Shown here: positions 17,630 to 27,880 of the stretch, one piece after another
How the letters are laid out: each line of letters begins with the position of its first letter
Position numbering within the stretch: position 1 is the stretch's first letter
The notes under the pieces: model-generated
Databases searched by the model: none
What the model was told of the DNA's origin: nothing
What the model saw: only the letters and a program-made list of their open reading frames with translations
Translations under genes and position numbers: made by a program
Assembly: GCA_023664385.1 (NCBI GenBank)
Contig: JAMPFU010000012.1
Location: forward strand, 12,117-76,116
Reading direction: 5' to 3'
DNA: 64,000 nt
Source: Clostridium sp.
GTDB lineage: Bacteria; Bacillota; Clostridia; Lachnospirales; Lachnospiraceae

Positions 17630-18328
17630 CTATTCCGTTGTACTCGGCGTTTGCGATACGTGATTGTCTGTGTTTCCTGTCGGTTGCGTTGTGTTATTGT
17701 TGATCGTGCTTCCTGTCGGTTGCGTTGTGTTATTGTTGATCGTGCTTCCTGTCGGTTGTGATGTATGATTGTTGGTCGTACTTCCTGTTGCTTGTGATGT
17801 GTTATTGTTGGTTGTACTTTCTGTTGCTTGTGATGTATCATTTGTATTGTTGTCGGTCGTATTTTCTGCCGTTTGTACTGTCTGTGATGCGTGATTGCCT
17901 GCGATACTTCCTATTGATTGTGATAGGTATGATGCGTGATTATTGGTTGTACTTCCCACTGATTGTGATGTGTCAGATGTATTATTGTCGTTTGTGTTTC
18001 CTGCTGATTGCAATGTTTGTGGTGTGTGATTATTGGTTGTATTTCCTGCTGATTGGGATATGTCAGATGTATCATTGTCAGTCGTGCTTTCTGCCGATTG
18101 TGTTGCGGGATTGTCAGCAGCTTCTTCTATGCTTATTTCATTTTCTTCAGATGCCTGTTTTTCCGAAAGACCGTCCTCTGATACTTCCTCTGCGCTCTGT
18201 ATTTCCGTATTGCTACCACTCTCTAAACCAGTTTTCCCTGTGTCTGATTTACTTTTGACAGCCGTACAAGATGACAGAAACATTATAAAAATAAGCATAA
18301 TTGCAGGAATAATCTTCTTATTTCTCAT
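17630..18328 (-). CDS. Lipoprotein with a Thr/Asn/Ser/Gln-rich low-complexity repeat region
   Basis: Signal peptide plus lipobox 'MFLSSC'. The repeats read 'TNNHTSQPTGST...'. The ORF ends at a TAG that is in frame with the downstream Cys-rich ORF. Confidence 0.55.
   Translation of the reverse strand: MRNKKIIPAIMLIFIMFLSSCTAVKSKSDTGKTGLESGSNTEIQSAEEVSEDGLSEKQASEENEISIEEAADNPATQSAESTTDNDTSDISQSAGNTTNNHTPQTLQSAGNTNDNNTSDTSQSVGSTTNNHASYLSQSIGSIAGNHASQTVQTAENTTDNNTNDTSQATESTTNNNTSQATGSTTNNHTSQPTGSTINNNTTQPTGSTINNNTTQPTGNTDNHVSQTPSTTE
17640..18110. repeat. Imperfect ~36-bp tandem coding repeats (12-aa units) inside the lipoprotein gene
   Basis: Three near-identical copies of 'tgtcggttgcgttgtgttattgttgatcgtgcttcc', then degenerate copies. 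Confidence 0.7.
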
Positions 18329-18499
18329 TTGCTGACACCTCCGTCTGATACATACGCCTCTAACATTTAATTGCAGGCAGTTTGCCTTTGCAATGGAAAT
18401 TCCTAGCCAACTTAATTAGTTCAGAAGCTAAAACCCATAATCCCCATAAATAAAATATAACTTATCGGTCTTTCAAAATCAACTACAAAAGAGACTATT

Positions 18500-19699
18500 C
18501 TAATAATCTTCCCGCAACAAAAAATCCGCCAAATGCACAATCCTAACACCATTAATATTCCCTGTGGCAAGCTCGTCAAGGGTTACCACGTATTTAGGGT
18601 AATGGTCCTTAATCTCAAGCAGATTGGCAACCTCACGGTCAGATTCTTTCGGTAGGTCACGGCACACCTGCACATAAATACGCTCGTCACGCCGTACCGC
18701 AACAAAATCAATTTCTTTCGTTTCGTTCTTTCCGATGTAAACCTCATAGCCTTTTCTGCGAAGCTCGAAATACACGATATTTTCAAGCATGGCAGCAATA
18801 GCTTTCGGATTAAATCCCATCATGCAGTACTTGAGGGAAGCATCTGCAAGATAGAATTTCTCCTGTGTTTTCAGCACTGATTTTCCTTGCAGGTCGTATC
18901 GTTGGCAGCGGTAAATCACAAAAGCCTTTTCCAGCCATTCCAAATAATTATAGACAGCCTCCACCGAAAGAGAACGTCCTTCATTTTTCAGAAACTTTAC
19001 AATGGCATTCGCCGAAAATGTCTTACCCACATTCTCCACTATATACTTCACCACTCGGTTAAAGAGGTCAAAATTCTTAATGTTATGACGTTTTGTGATA
19101 TCACTGGTGATAACGGAATGATAGATACCCTCAACAATCTGATAGGCTGTGTTCTCGTCAAAATCACTTATTGCAACAACTGGAAATCCACCCAGCCGAA
19201 TGTACTCATTTAACAACTCCTTCGGTGCTCGTTCCGTCTGCTTTTTGAAATCCATATACTCGGCAAAGGACAACGTAAATACAGGGATGGAAACATACCT
19301 CCCTGTCAGATAAGTAGATATTTCACTTGACATCAGCTTGGAATTGGAACCCGTAACATAGATATCCGTGTTGGAATTTTCGAGCAGACTGTTGACAGCC
19401 TTCTCCCAACCGACAATCTCTTGAACCTCATCAAGCAGAATATAGTAACGCTCACCATCCGTCATTTTTTCTCTGATGCCATTGTACATATCCTTATCAG
19501 TCATATTGGCGTCAAAATCTTCCGAAGTATAACACATGCTGATAATATGGTCAGCATCGATTCCGCTCCTGATTAAATCTTCCTGCATCATATTTAGAAT
19601 TGTGGACTTGCCACAGCGGCGTATTCCCGCCAGTATTTTTACTAATGGCACATCGCGGTATGTTTTCAGCATATTCAAATAATGTGCTCTGACAACCAT
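18500..19699 (-). CDS. AAA-family ATPase of the AAA_14/DUF4143 type (ATP-binding protein)
   Basis: P-loop 'GIRRCGKST', about 400 aa, with the C-terminal region typical of DUF4143 ATPases. Confidence 0.55.
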   Translation of the reverse strand: MVVRAHYLNMLKTYRDVPLVKILAGIRRCGKSTILNMMQEDLIRSGIDADHIISMCYTSEDFDANMTDKDMYNGIREKMTDGERYYILLDEVQEIVGWEKAVNSLLENSNTDIYVTGSNSKLMSSEISTYLTGRYVSIPVFTLSFAEYMDFKKQTERAPKELLNEYIRLGGFPVVAISDFDENTAYQIVEGIYHSVITSDITKRHNIKNFDLFNRVVKYIVENVGKTFSANAIVKFLKNEGRSLSVEAVYNYLEWLEKAFVIYRCQRYDLQGKSVLKTQEKFYLADASLKYCMMGFNPKAIAAMLENIVYFELRRKGYEVYIGKNETKEIDFVAVRRDERIYVQVCRDLPKESDREVANLLEIKDHYPKYVVTLDELATGNINGVRIVHLADFLLREDY

Positions 19700-19943
19700 A
19701 TTATCGCCTCCTAGTTATGCGTATATAGCCATGTGCAAAACTACATTTTAGAAATAAGATGTTTTTCCCATCTCTAATAAGTATAGCCAAAATAATATAA
19801 AAATTCAATAGTTTTTACTCATTATAAATAAAAACCATTGAATTTTTATGCTTTTTTATTAACTTTTAATCCAAACTTAATTGTTATTTCCTAAAGCCTG
19901 CAATTTCCATAAAGGAAATGCAACAGTCACTTTTAACAATTCC

Positions 19944-22769
19944 CTAAATATATTTCTTCAAATATTCTCCCGTATAGGACTTTTTATTTTTACATATCTG
20001 CTCAGGTGTGCCGCTTGCCACAATTGTACCGCCCCGCTCACCACCTTCAGGTCCTATGTCTATAATATAGTCGGCAGTTTTGATTACGTCCAAATTATGT
20101 TCTATCACCACAACCGTGTTTCCACCCTCCGTCAGTCTCTGCAATATGTCAACAAGCTTGTGGACGTCAGCGAAATGAAGTCCTGTGGTAGGCTCATCAA
20201 GGACATATATGGTTCTGCCTGTGCTTCTTCGGCTAAGCTCCGTTGCAAGCTTTATTCTCTGTGCCTCGCCGCCTGAGAGGGTTGTGGAAGGCTGTCCAAG
20301 CTTGATGTAGCCAAGTCCTACGTCCTGCAATGTAGATATCTTTCTAAGTACAGACGGTACATTTTCAAAAAACTCACATGCCTCGTCAACGGTCATGTCA
20401 AGAACATCATATATGCTCTTGCCTTTATATTTTACCGCAAGCGTTTCCCTGTTATACCGTTTGCCGTGGCACACCTCACATGGCACATACACATCTGCCA
20501 GAAAATGCATCTCAATTTTTATGATTCCGTCTCCCTTACAAGCCTCACATCTTCCTCCCGACACGTTAAAGGAAAATCTGCCCTTTGTGTAGCCCATTGC
20601 CTTTGCGTCCTTTGTGTTGGCAAACAAATCACGTATCAGATCAAATACGCCTGTGTATGTGGCAGGATTTGAACGTGGGCTTCTTCCTATCGGAGACTGG
20701 TCTATATTGATTATTTTGTCAAGCTGCTCAAGCCCAAGTATATCATCATGGTCGCCTGCCTTTATCTTTGCACGGTTCAGCTCCCTTGCAAGCCGCTTGT
20801 AGAGTATTTCATTTACAAGCGAGCTTTTTCCTGAGCCTGACACGCCTGTCACGCAGGTCATAACGCCAAGGGGGAATTTTACGTCAATATTTTTAAGGTT
20901 ATTCTGCCTTGCGCCCTTTACCTCTATAAAGCCTGTGGGCTTTTTGCGTTCGGCAGGCACGGGTATTTTCAGCTTGCCGCTGAGATATGCCCCTGTAATG
21001 GAAGCAGGGCACTTTTTTATGTCCTCCACCGTGCCCTCACACACGACCTCGCCGCCGTTTACGCCTGCGCCCGGTCCTATGTCCACGATGTGGTCGGCAG
21101 CATACATCGTATCCTCATCATGCTCAACAACCAAAAGCGTATTGCCTAAATCACGAAGCCGCTCCAAGGTCTTAATCAGCTTATTGTTGTCTCTTTGATG
21201 AAGTCCTATGCTTGGCTCGTCCAAAATGTAGGCGACGCCAACCAACCCCGAGCCGATCTGTGTTGCAAGCCTGATTCTCTGTGCCTCGCCGCCTGAAAGG
21301 GATGCAGTTGCCCTTGCAAGGGTAAGATAATCAAGTCCTACATTCATGAGGAAGGAAAGTCTGCCCCGTATCTCCTTTATAATCTGCTCACCGATTTTTC
21401 TCTGCCTATCGGTTATGTCCATATTGTCAATAAACTCTATCAGAGCGCCAATGGAACATTCCGTAACATCAGCAATATTTTTCCCGCCTACCGTAACTGC
21501 AAGTATCTCAGGCTTCAGCCTTTTTCCTTTACATTCCTCACATGGAATGGTAGTCATATATGCTTCATAGTCCTGCTTAATAATCTCCGCAGACGTTTCA
21601 CGGTATCTGCGCTGAACATTTTTTATCAGTCCCTCATAGGCAATCATGTAGACACCGCCGCCGCGAGAGCCCTGATATGATACCTTTATGCGCTTATCAC
21701 CCGTTCCGTGCAGAATGACGTCCTTTGATTTTTTATCCAAATCCTTAAATGGGACGTCGAGGGAAAAGCCGTATTCCTTTGAAAGTGCCTCAAGGCAGGC
21801 ATGGGTGTAGCTTTTTTTGTCGCCGCTTGACGCCCAGCCTATAACAGAAATTGCGCCCTCATTCAGGGAAAGGCTTGTATCAGGTATCATAAGGTCAACG
21901 TCAAACTCACTCTTAAAGCCAAGTCCTGTACAACACGGACATGCACCATAAGGATTATTGAAGGAAAAGCTCCTCGGCTCTATCTCATCTATGCTGATTC
22001 CACAATCAGGACACGAAAAGCTTTCGGAGAAAACAAGGGTGTCTCCGTCAATAACATCACATTTCAGTATGCCCTCCGACATTTTAAGCGCCGTTTCGAT
22101 AGAATCGGCAAGACGCCCTTCGATTCCCTCCTTCACTGCCAGTCTGTCAATGACAATGTCAATATTGTGCTTTTTATTTTTATCAAGCTTTATATCCTCA
22201 GATAAATCGTACATGCTGTCGTCAATAACGGCTCGCACAAATCCACTTCTCTTAACCTGTGCAAGAAGCTTCGCATGCTCGCCCTTCCTGCCCCTGATAA
22301 TCGGTGCAAGAATTTGAAACTTTGTCCCTGGCGCAAGCTTCATAATCTCATCCGTCATTTGGTCTGCAGTCTGCTTCATAATTTCCTTGCCGCATTTTGG
22401 ACAATGTGGAATCCCAATTCTTGCGTAGAGAAGCCTGAGGTAATCGTATATCTCTGTAACAGTACCCACGGTAGACCTTGGGTTTCTGTTTGTTGATTTT
22501 TGATCTATGGATATGGAGGGGGAAAGCCCTTCTATTTTTTCCACGTCAGGCTTTTCGGCAAGTCCCAAAAACTGTCTTGCATATGAGGAGAGCGATTCCA
22601 TATATTTCCTCTGCCCCTCAGCATAAATGGTATCAAATGCAAGTGAGGACTTACCTGACCCTGAAAGTCCCGTCAAAACAACAAACTGATCCCTCGGTAT
22701 TTTAATGTCAATATTTTTCAGATTGTGCTCCTTCGCACCTTTTATTGTAATATACTTATGCTCGTTCAT
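19944..22769 (-). CDS. uvrA: Excinuclease ABC subunit A
   Basis: 941 aa. Two ABC ATPase modules ('[12 protein letters not shown]', '[11 protein letters not shown]') with zinc-finger insertions. Confidence 0.95.
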   Translation of the reverse strand: MNEHKYITIKGAKEHNLKNIDIKIPRDQFVVLTGLSGSGKSSLAFDTIYAEGQRKYMESLSSYARQFLGLAEKPDVEKIEGLSPSISIDQKSTNRNPRSTVGTVTEIYDYLRLLYARIGIPHCPKCGKEIMKQTADQMTDEIMKLAPGTKFQILAPIIRGRKGEHAKLLAQVKRSGFVRAVIDDSMYDLSEDIKLDKNKKHNIDIVIDRLAVKEGIEGRLADSIETALKMSEGILKCDVIDGDTLVFSESFSCPDCGISIDEIEPRSFSFNNPYGACPCCTGLGFKSEFDVDLMIPDTSLSLNEGAISVIGWASSGDKKSYTHACLEALSKEYGFSLDVPFKDLDKKSKDVILHGTGDKRIKVSYQGSRGGGVYMIAYEGLIKNVQRRYRETSAEIIKQDYEAYMTTIPCEECKGKRLKPEILAVTVGGKNIADVTECSIGALIEFIDNMDITDRQRKIGEQIIKEIRGRLSFLMNVGLDYLTLARATASLSGGEAQRIRLATQIGSGLVGVAYILDEPSIGLHQRDNNKLIKTLERLRDLGNTLLVVEHDEDTMYAADHIVDIGPGAGVNGGEVVCEGTVEDIKKCPASITGAYLSGKLKIPVPAERKKPTGFIEVKGARQNNLKNIDVKFPLGVMTCVTGVSGSGKSSLVNEILYKRLARELNRAKIKAGDHDDILGLEQLDKIINIDQSPIGRSPRSNPATYTGVFDLIRDLFANTKDAKAMGYTKGRFSFNVSGGRCEACKGDGIIKIEMHFLADVYVPCEVCHGKRYNRETLAVKYKGKSIYDVLDMTVDEACEFFENVPSVLRKISTLQDVGLGYIKLGQPSTTLSGGEAQRIKLATELSRRSTGRTIYVLDEPTTGLHFADVHKLVDILQRLTEGGNTVVVIEHNLDVIKTADYIIDIGPEGGERGGTIVASGTPEQICKNKKSYTGEYLKKYI

Positions 22770-22881
22770 GTGTATCCGCCTATCTTATGTTACTTAATTT
22801 TTTATAGAAAGCTTCGTTTCTTTGGCACATTCCTACGAAACCTGCTAAGCTTCAGGCTACAGTGCCAAAGGCACCATGCTC

Positions 22882-23175
22882 TTAAAGGCAATCCTTGCAT
22901 GCCTTTTTAAATTCCATGCTTTTTATCTTTTCCATATATTTCTTCATCGTATTCTGCATGTCAATTTTCTCTTTTTTATCCAAAATGTAAAGCGCAAATG
23001 CAGCTCCCATAATAAAGACTGTCACAAGGCAAATGCTAATCATACATTTTTTCTTTTTCTTGCACTTACATTCCTCATCAAAAATTTCGTCCTGCTCCTC
23101 AAGAACCTCCTCAACTGTTTCCATAGGAATGTCACGTCTCATGGAAATCTCTGCAACCATCTCATCTCTCAACAT
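22882..23175 (-). CDS. Small hypothetical membrane protein between uvrB and uvrA
   Basis: The SD AAGGAGGA lies upstream of the ATG at 23175. It has an acidic N-terminus, a lysine/Cys stretch and one TM helix. Confidence 0.4.
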   Translation of the reverse strand: MLRDEMVAEISMRRDIPMETVEEVLEEQDEIFDEECKCKKKKKCMISICLVTVFIMGAAFALYILDKKEKIDMQNTMKKYMEKIKSMEFKKACKDCL

Positions 23176-23313
23176 AATCTCGTCCTCCTTTTAATCGTTT
23201 TAATTTAATATGATACATCACCGCATCCCGATTAGCCTTCGGCAGGGCGGCGACGGTATTAAGCTTTGAATTTATAAGGCAAATTAAAAACTTAATATAT
23301 AGTATACAACATT

Positions 23314-25311
23314 TTAGGCATCATAATCACGTAAAATAATTTTTAATTTTTTAAGCTCGTCCCTTAATACTGCTGCCTCCTCAAAGTTAAGCTCCGCTGC
23401 TGCCTTGTTCATACGCTTGGTAAGTCTTGCAATTTCCTCCTTGAGCTCCTTCTTCGTCATAGATTCAGGCTCTTTTTTGTTCTTATCAGCCTTTTCTGTC
23501 TCTGTCTCATCGACAGCCTCAAGAGAAATAATGTCCCTGACCTCCTTTCTGATTGTTTCAGGCGTGATGCCGTGCTCTTTATTGTAAGCGTCCTGTATGC
23601 TTCTTCTTCTGTTCGTCTCATCTATCGCCCTTTGCATAGAGCCTGTAACCATATCGGCATACATAATCACATGCCCGTCAACATTTCTTGCGGCCCGTCC
23701 TATCGTCTGCACTAAGGATGTCTCCGAACGCAAGAAGCCCTCCTTATCGGCATCAAGAATAGCCACAAGCGTAATCTCGGGAATATCAAGTCCTTCACGC
23801 AGGAGGTTGATGCCGACAAGAACATCAAAAACTCCCATTCTAAGGTCACGGACTATCTCGATACGCTCAAGGGTATCTATGTCGGAATGGAGATATTTTA
23901 CCTTAATGTCAAGCTGCCTCATATAATCCGTCAAATCCTCAGCCATACGTTTTGTCAATGTCGTAACAAGCACCTTGTGTCCCTTGGCTGTCTCCTGATT
24001 TACCTCTGCAACAAGGTCGTCCACCTGTCCCTTAATAGGTCTTACATCAACCACCGGGTCAAGAAGTCCTGTCGGTCTGATTATCTGCTCCACAAAATTT
24101 TCCTCGTGGGAGCGCTCGTACTCGGCAGGGGTAGCCGACACATAGAGTATTTTGTCAACACGCTCCTCAAATTCCTGAAAATTAAGCGGACGGTTGTCAA
24201 GTGCCGATGGAAGTCTGAAGCCATAATCCACAAGCGTCTGTTTCCTTGCCCTGTCGCCTGCATACATGCCGCGAACCTGCGGCAGCGTCATATGGGACTC
24301 ATCTATAATGAGAAGATAATCGTCGTCAAAAAATTTGAGAAGGGTATTTGGCGTCGCCCCCGGCTCAAGTCCTGCAAGAATACGGGAATAGTTTTCCACT
24401 CCTGAACAAAATCCCGTTTCCCTCAGCATCTCTATGTCAAATTCCGTTCGTTCTGCTATTCTCTGTGCCTCAAGAAGCTTGTCATTTTCCTTGAAATAGT
24501 TTACTCTCTCGTCCAGCTCTCTCTTAATCTCCACAAGCGCCCGTTCCAGCTTGTCCTCTGCTACCACATAATGAGAAGCAGGAAATATGCATGCAAAATT
24601 AAGCGTTCTCTTTATCTCGCCTGTAAGCGGGTCAAACTCTACCAACCGGTCAATCTCATCGCCGAAAAATTCTATTCTGATTCCCGCCTCAAAGGTGGAG
24701 GCAGGAAGAACATCAACAACATCTCCCTTAACCCTGAAGCAGCCACGTGAAAAATCCATCTCGTTTCTTGTATACTGAATGTCAACAAGCTGTCTTATGA
24801 CCTCGTCCCTGTCCTTCGCCATGCCCGGACGAAGGGAAAGCATCATGGATTTATAATCCTCAGGGTCACCGATACCGTATATGCATGAAACCGAGGACAC
24901 AACAATAACGTCCTTTCTCTCAATCAGTGCAGCGGTAGCACTGTGACGCATCTTATCTATCTCGTCATTTACGGACGAATCCTTGGCAATGTACGTGTCG
25001 GTAGAAGGCACGTACGCCTCAGGCTGGTAATAATCATAATAAGATACGAAATACTCCACTGCATTGTGTGGAAAAAATGCCTTAAACTCGCTGTAAAGCT
25101 GTGCTGCAAGCGTTTTGTTGTGTGCCAAAATGATAGTCGGTTTATTGATGGCTGCTATTACATTTGCCATTGTGAATGTCTTGCCTGAGCCTGTAACGCC
25201 AAGGAGCGTCTGCTGTTTTTTGCCGTTTTGAAAACCGTCCACAAGTCCCTGTATGGCTTCCGGCTGGTCACCTGTCGGTGCAAATTCTGATACCAATTCA
25301 AATTTATCCAT
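23314..25311 (-). CDS. uvrB: Excinuclease ABC subunit B
   Basis: Helicase motifs ('GVTGSGKTF') and a C-terminal UvrB/UvrC interaction region. The ATG at 25311 is preceded by GGAGGTTTCTT; the ORF-track start at 25341 is likely too long. Confidence 0.95.
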   Translation of the reverse strand: MDKFELVSEFAPTGDQPEAIQGLVDGFQNGKKQQTLLGVTGSGKTFTMANVIAAINKPTIILAHNKTLAAQLYSEFKAFFPHNAVEYFVSYYDYYQPEAYVPSTDTYIAKDSSVNDEIDKMRHSATAALIERKDVIVVSSVSCIYGIGDPEDYKSMMLSLRPGMAKDRDEVIRQLVDIQYTRNEMDFSRGCFRVKGDVVDVLPASTFEAGIRIEFFGDEIDRLVEFDPLTGEIKRTLNFACIFPASHYVVAEDKLERALVEIKRELDERVNYFKENDKLLEAQRIAERTEFDIEMLRETGFCSGVENYSRILAGLEPGATPNTLLKFFDDDYLLIIDESHMTLPQVRGMYAGDRARKQTLVDYGFRLPSALDNRPLNFQEFEERVDKILYVSATPAEYERSHEENFVEQIIRPTGLLDPVVDVRPIKGQVDDLVAEVNQETAKGHKVLVTTLTKRMAEDLTDYMRQLDIKVKYLHSDIDTLERIEIVRDLRMGVFDVLVGINLLREGLDIPEITLVAILDADKEGFLRSETSLVQTIGRAARNVDGHVIMYADMVTGSMQRAIDETNRRRSIQDAYNKEHGITPETIRKEVRDIISLEAVDETETEKADKNKKEPESMTKKELKEEIARLTKRMNKAAAELNFEEAAVLRDELKKLKIILRDYDA

Positions 25312-25370
25312 AAGAAACCTCCGTAGTGGATATTTTAACATACTATAAAGGAAAAGTACAGAGCAAATAT

Positions 25371-25382
25371 GAACATTTGTTC
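25371..25382. promoter_or_regulatory. LexA (Cheo) box GAACATTTGTTC upstream of uvrB
   Basis: An exact GAAC-N4-GTTC palindrome about 60 nt upstream of the uvrB ATG. uvrB is a canonical SOS gene in Firmicutes. Confidence 0.5.
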
Positions 25383-25412
25383 TGTACTTTTAATTTTAAA
25401 TGTTATATCATT

Positions 25413-26378
25413 TTAAACAGTCATATACTGTTTCTTATAAGCTTCATATACAAGCTCCTCATTGTAATCAGGAGCATAGGGTTCTGCCGCTTCACACATT
25501 TCTGCTATAACCGCAATGTCCTCCTCCAGCTCGTCGGCTATAACATCTATTTCTTTTGATTTTCTTAGTTTACGGCAGACTTGTGTAATTAGCCTTTTAA
25601 ATTCGCCCTCATCAAATGCCACCTTAACCGCCTGCATAACTGCCACTTTTATTGCTTGCTGTTTTTCTTCCTCAAATAATCTTCCTACCTGTGTCATGCT
25701 AATCCACTCCCTCACATAATTGCTGGTTTTTCTGTCTATTACCTTGTCGGTAAAAACAAGGGTTCCCGAAAGCAGAAACACCATTTTTTCTACATCTGTT
25801 ACCTGTTTTGCCAGTTCTATCGAAGCATTAATCGCTTTTCTTTTTTCCTCTATCGTTTTATATGTCAACGGAAGAATGATAAATTCCATTAATTCCTCAT
25901 CCGTAAGCGTCTCGTTGTTTTGTATTTTTTCCATAAGGCGCTTCTTTATTTCTTCCGAGTCAAGCTCCGATAAGAAAGCTTCCTCAATATTCAGACGGAA
26001 TGCCCCTGTATCATATACCTCCTCGGTTTGCGCCCTGCTCACGTCTGCCGTATATATGACTATCATTCTGATTTGTATGTTATAGATGCCTTCCCGTCTG
26101 TACCGTTCCAAAACCCTTGTGATATATGATATGTATTTTATCTTATTTTCCGTCTTATACTCGCTTTCGTAATCGACAATAGCAACCGTTCCGTCCTCTA
26201 ACAAAAACAGGTTGTCAATCCGAAGCTCGTTTGCCGTTATCTCGGGCAGATTTGTCGGCAGAACCTGAACAATTTTAGGTATGTCGAGTCCGTATGCCTT
26301 GAATGATTTTTCTTTCAGGTTTTCAGCAAAGACCTTACTTATAATGTCTTTGTTTTGATATGCAATGTCATTTCCCAA
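25413..26378 (-). CDS. Rpn/YhgA-like PD-(D/E)XK nuclease family protein (putative transposase-like)
   Basis: 'IDNLFLLEDGTVAIVDYESEYK' resembles the RpnA block 'TDVLYSV...HVVIEHQSK'. The N-terminus resembles the Rpn 'D.VFK.F' segment. The likely start is the TTG at 26378, 7 nt after AAAGGAGGAA; the ORF track extends to 26420. Confidence 0.5.
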   Translation of the reverse strand: MGNDIAYQNKDIISKVFAENLKEKSFKAYGLDIPKIVQVLPTNLPEITANELRIDNLFLLEDGTVAIVDYESEYKTENKIKYISYITRVLERYRREGIYNIQIRMIVIYTADVSRAQTEEVYDTGAFRLNIEEAFLSELDSEEIKKRLMEKIQNNETLTDEELMEFIILPLTYKTIEEKRKAINASIELAKQVTDVEKMVFLLSGTLVFTDKVIDRKTSNYVREWISMTQVGRLFEEEKQQAIKVAVMQAVKVAFDEGEFKRLITQVCRKLRKSKEIDVIADELEEDIAVIAEMCEAAEPYAPDYNEELVYEAYKKQYMTV

Positions 26379-26441
26379 TCGGTTTCCTCCTTTAACTAAG
26401 TGCCGCAGGAGGTTATCCAAATCTGTCTTGCTAAAATTATG

Positions 26442-26611
26442 CTTGTAACAAAATTCCGTTTATATTGGAATTTCATCCGTACTGTAATTTTGCTTGTATC
26501 GAAATTCCGTTCATACTAGAATTTCACTTGCACCAAATTTCTGCCTGTACAACAAATTCATTCGCACCGAAATCCAACTCATACCGAAATTTGCTTGTAC
26601 CACATAAAATC
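26442..26611. repeat. About 3.5 tandem copies of a ~50-bp unit, each containing the dyad GAAATTC...GAATTTC
   Basis: The consensus unit is 'TGCTTGTA.C.AAATTCCGTT.ATA...GAATTTCA.....AATTT'. The copies at 26442-26491 and 26492-26541 are about 75% identical, and later copies decay. Confidence 0.55.
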
Positions 26612-26977
26612 CCCAGCAAAACGTCTGCATACAGTATCTTTCTCAAATACGGACAGCCTCTCTGCTTAAATTGTAATGTAATGAACTCAAAACATCGAAG
26701 TTCCGAATTTTTCTGATTATTTGATGAGGCTTGTACCCCAAAACAGAATAGAAAGATAAATGCTTTAGAGAGATGATAGCACAAGAGCGTATATAATGCA
26801 AGGCATTTTTCTTTTCCAAATTCCAAATTTTTTTATTTTTCAATCGATAACCGGGAAATATCTTATTTAAAAAATTGAGTTATGAAAAATAGACAAAATC
26901 ATAAATAGGCACTTTGAAGTTGCTAATGTTTCGTGAGGTATTTTCCAACTTAGTACAATTATGTGCAATAGTCAAAA

Positions 26978-27049
26978 CGAACATTTGTTCTAACTTTCTA
27001 TTGTAAAAGTAGTTGTGTTGTGTTATAATAAAATTCGAACAGATGTTTG
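26978..27049 (+). promoter_or_regulatory. Candidate SOS-regulated promoter: LexA-like boxes at 26978-26991 (cGAACATTTGTTCt) and 27036-27049 (cGAACAGATGTTTg), flanking TTGTAA-N17-TATAAT (27001-27029)
   Basis: Read by eye. The first box is an exact GAAC-N4-GTTC and shares its 12-mer with the uvrB box. The second box overlaps the predicted transcription start. Confidence 0.4.
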
Positions 27050-27067
27050 TTTTGTGAGGTGACGCTT

Positions 27068-27880
27068 ATGAACAAACTCATACCATTATTTATCCTTCCT
27101 TGTACATTGGCACTTTATGTATTTGACTTTCATTTTTGCAAGCCCCACCCTGCTTCGCAAATTGAAGTCGACACTGAAGCTGTTGGCAAAGCAGAAGCTG
27201 TATTTGCTGCTGAAACCACCAACAGACCTGAACCTATATCTGCTGCCGATAACAGCAATGCTTCCAAGCCTGTACCTGCTGCCGATAACAGCAATGCTTC
27301 CGAACCTATACCTGCTGCCGATAACACAGACACATCTGTACCTTCAGCTAGTGCTGAAGCACCTAACAATACCGAGCCTGCACCCATTACTGAGGGCACT
27401 GCCCCTTCCATGTCCACGCCTGCCTCGGAAACCGTCACGGAAGCACCTGTCGCACCTGTTACGGACGCAGCCACGGAAGTCGAAGCCACTACAGATGTAT
27501 CGCTGTCTTACCCTTCTGATTTGATTGCAGAAGTCAATCGTTATCGAAGCAGCTATGGCTTATCCGCCCTCTCGGAAAGCAGCAGCCTTGATTATGCTGC
27601 GTCTGTAAGATGTCAGGAGCTGCCAGTCAGCATGTCACATACAAGACCTGACGGCAGAAGCTGCAGCACTGTTTATGCAGAGCTTGGCATATATCCGTCC
27701 ATCTGGGGTGAAAATCTTGCCGCAGGATATTACACCTCCACAGGCACAGCATCAGATTGGATGTCCTCCGATGGACATAGGGCAAACATCCTAAATCCTG
27801 CCTTTACAAAATGCGGTGTTGCACACATCTTATGTGATTACGGCTACCATGATTACTGGGTGATACTATTCTCCGACTAG
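27068..27880 (+). CDS. Secreted CAP/SCP-domain protein (YkwD-like) with N-terminal Pro/Ala-rich tandem repeats
   Basis: Signal peptide 'MNKLIPLFILPCTLA'. The C-terminal block 'YRSSYGLSAL...HTRPDG...GENLAAGY...ANILNPAFTKCGVAH' is typical of CAP domains. The ATG at 27068 follows GAGGTGA. Confidence 0.65.
   Translation: MNKLIPLFILPCTLALYVFDFHFCKPHPASQIEVDTEAVGKAEAVFAAETTNRPEPISAADNSNASKPVPAADNSNASEPIPAADNTDTSVPSASAEAPNNTEPAPITEGTAPSMSTPASETVTEAPVAPVTDAATEVEATTDVSLSYPSDLIAEVNRYRSSYGLSALSESSSLDYAASVRCQELPVSMSHTRPDGRSCSTVYAELGIYPSIWGENLAAGYYTSTGTASDWMSSDGHRANILNPAFTKCGVAHILCDYGYHDYWVILFSD
27230..27340 (+). repeat. Three 36-bp tandem coding repeats (PxPAADNSNAS x3) inside the CAP-domain gene
   Basis: The unit 'cctgtacctgctgccgataacagcaatgcttccgaa' is repeated. 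Confidence 0.7.

Noticed and set aside
17461-18258. Alternative-frame ORFs 17461..17841, 17486..17761 and 17758..18258
   Set aside because: They run through the 36-bp tandem repeats in other frames and are repeat-induced spurious ORFs.
22770-22880. Possible LexA box upstream of uvrA
   Set aside because: Only a GTTTC...GAAAC inverted repeat with 18-nt spacing is present. It is not a GAAC-N4-GTTC Cheo box, and uvrA is probably co-transcribed from the uvrB promoter.
26442-26611. Possible CRISPR array
   Set aside because: The repeats are contiguous with no unique spacers, they are degenerate, and the unit is ~50 bp with an internal dyad. This is not CRISPR architecture, and no cas genes are nearby.
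26524-26843. ORFs 26524..26826 and 26643..26843 on the minus strand
   Set aside because: They overlap the repeat array and AT-rich spacer, and have no RBS.
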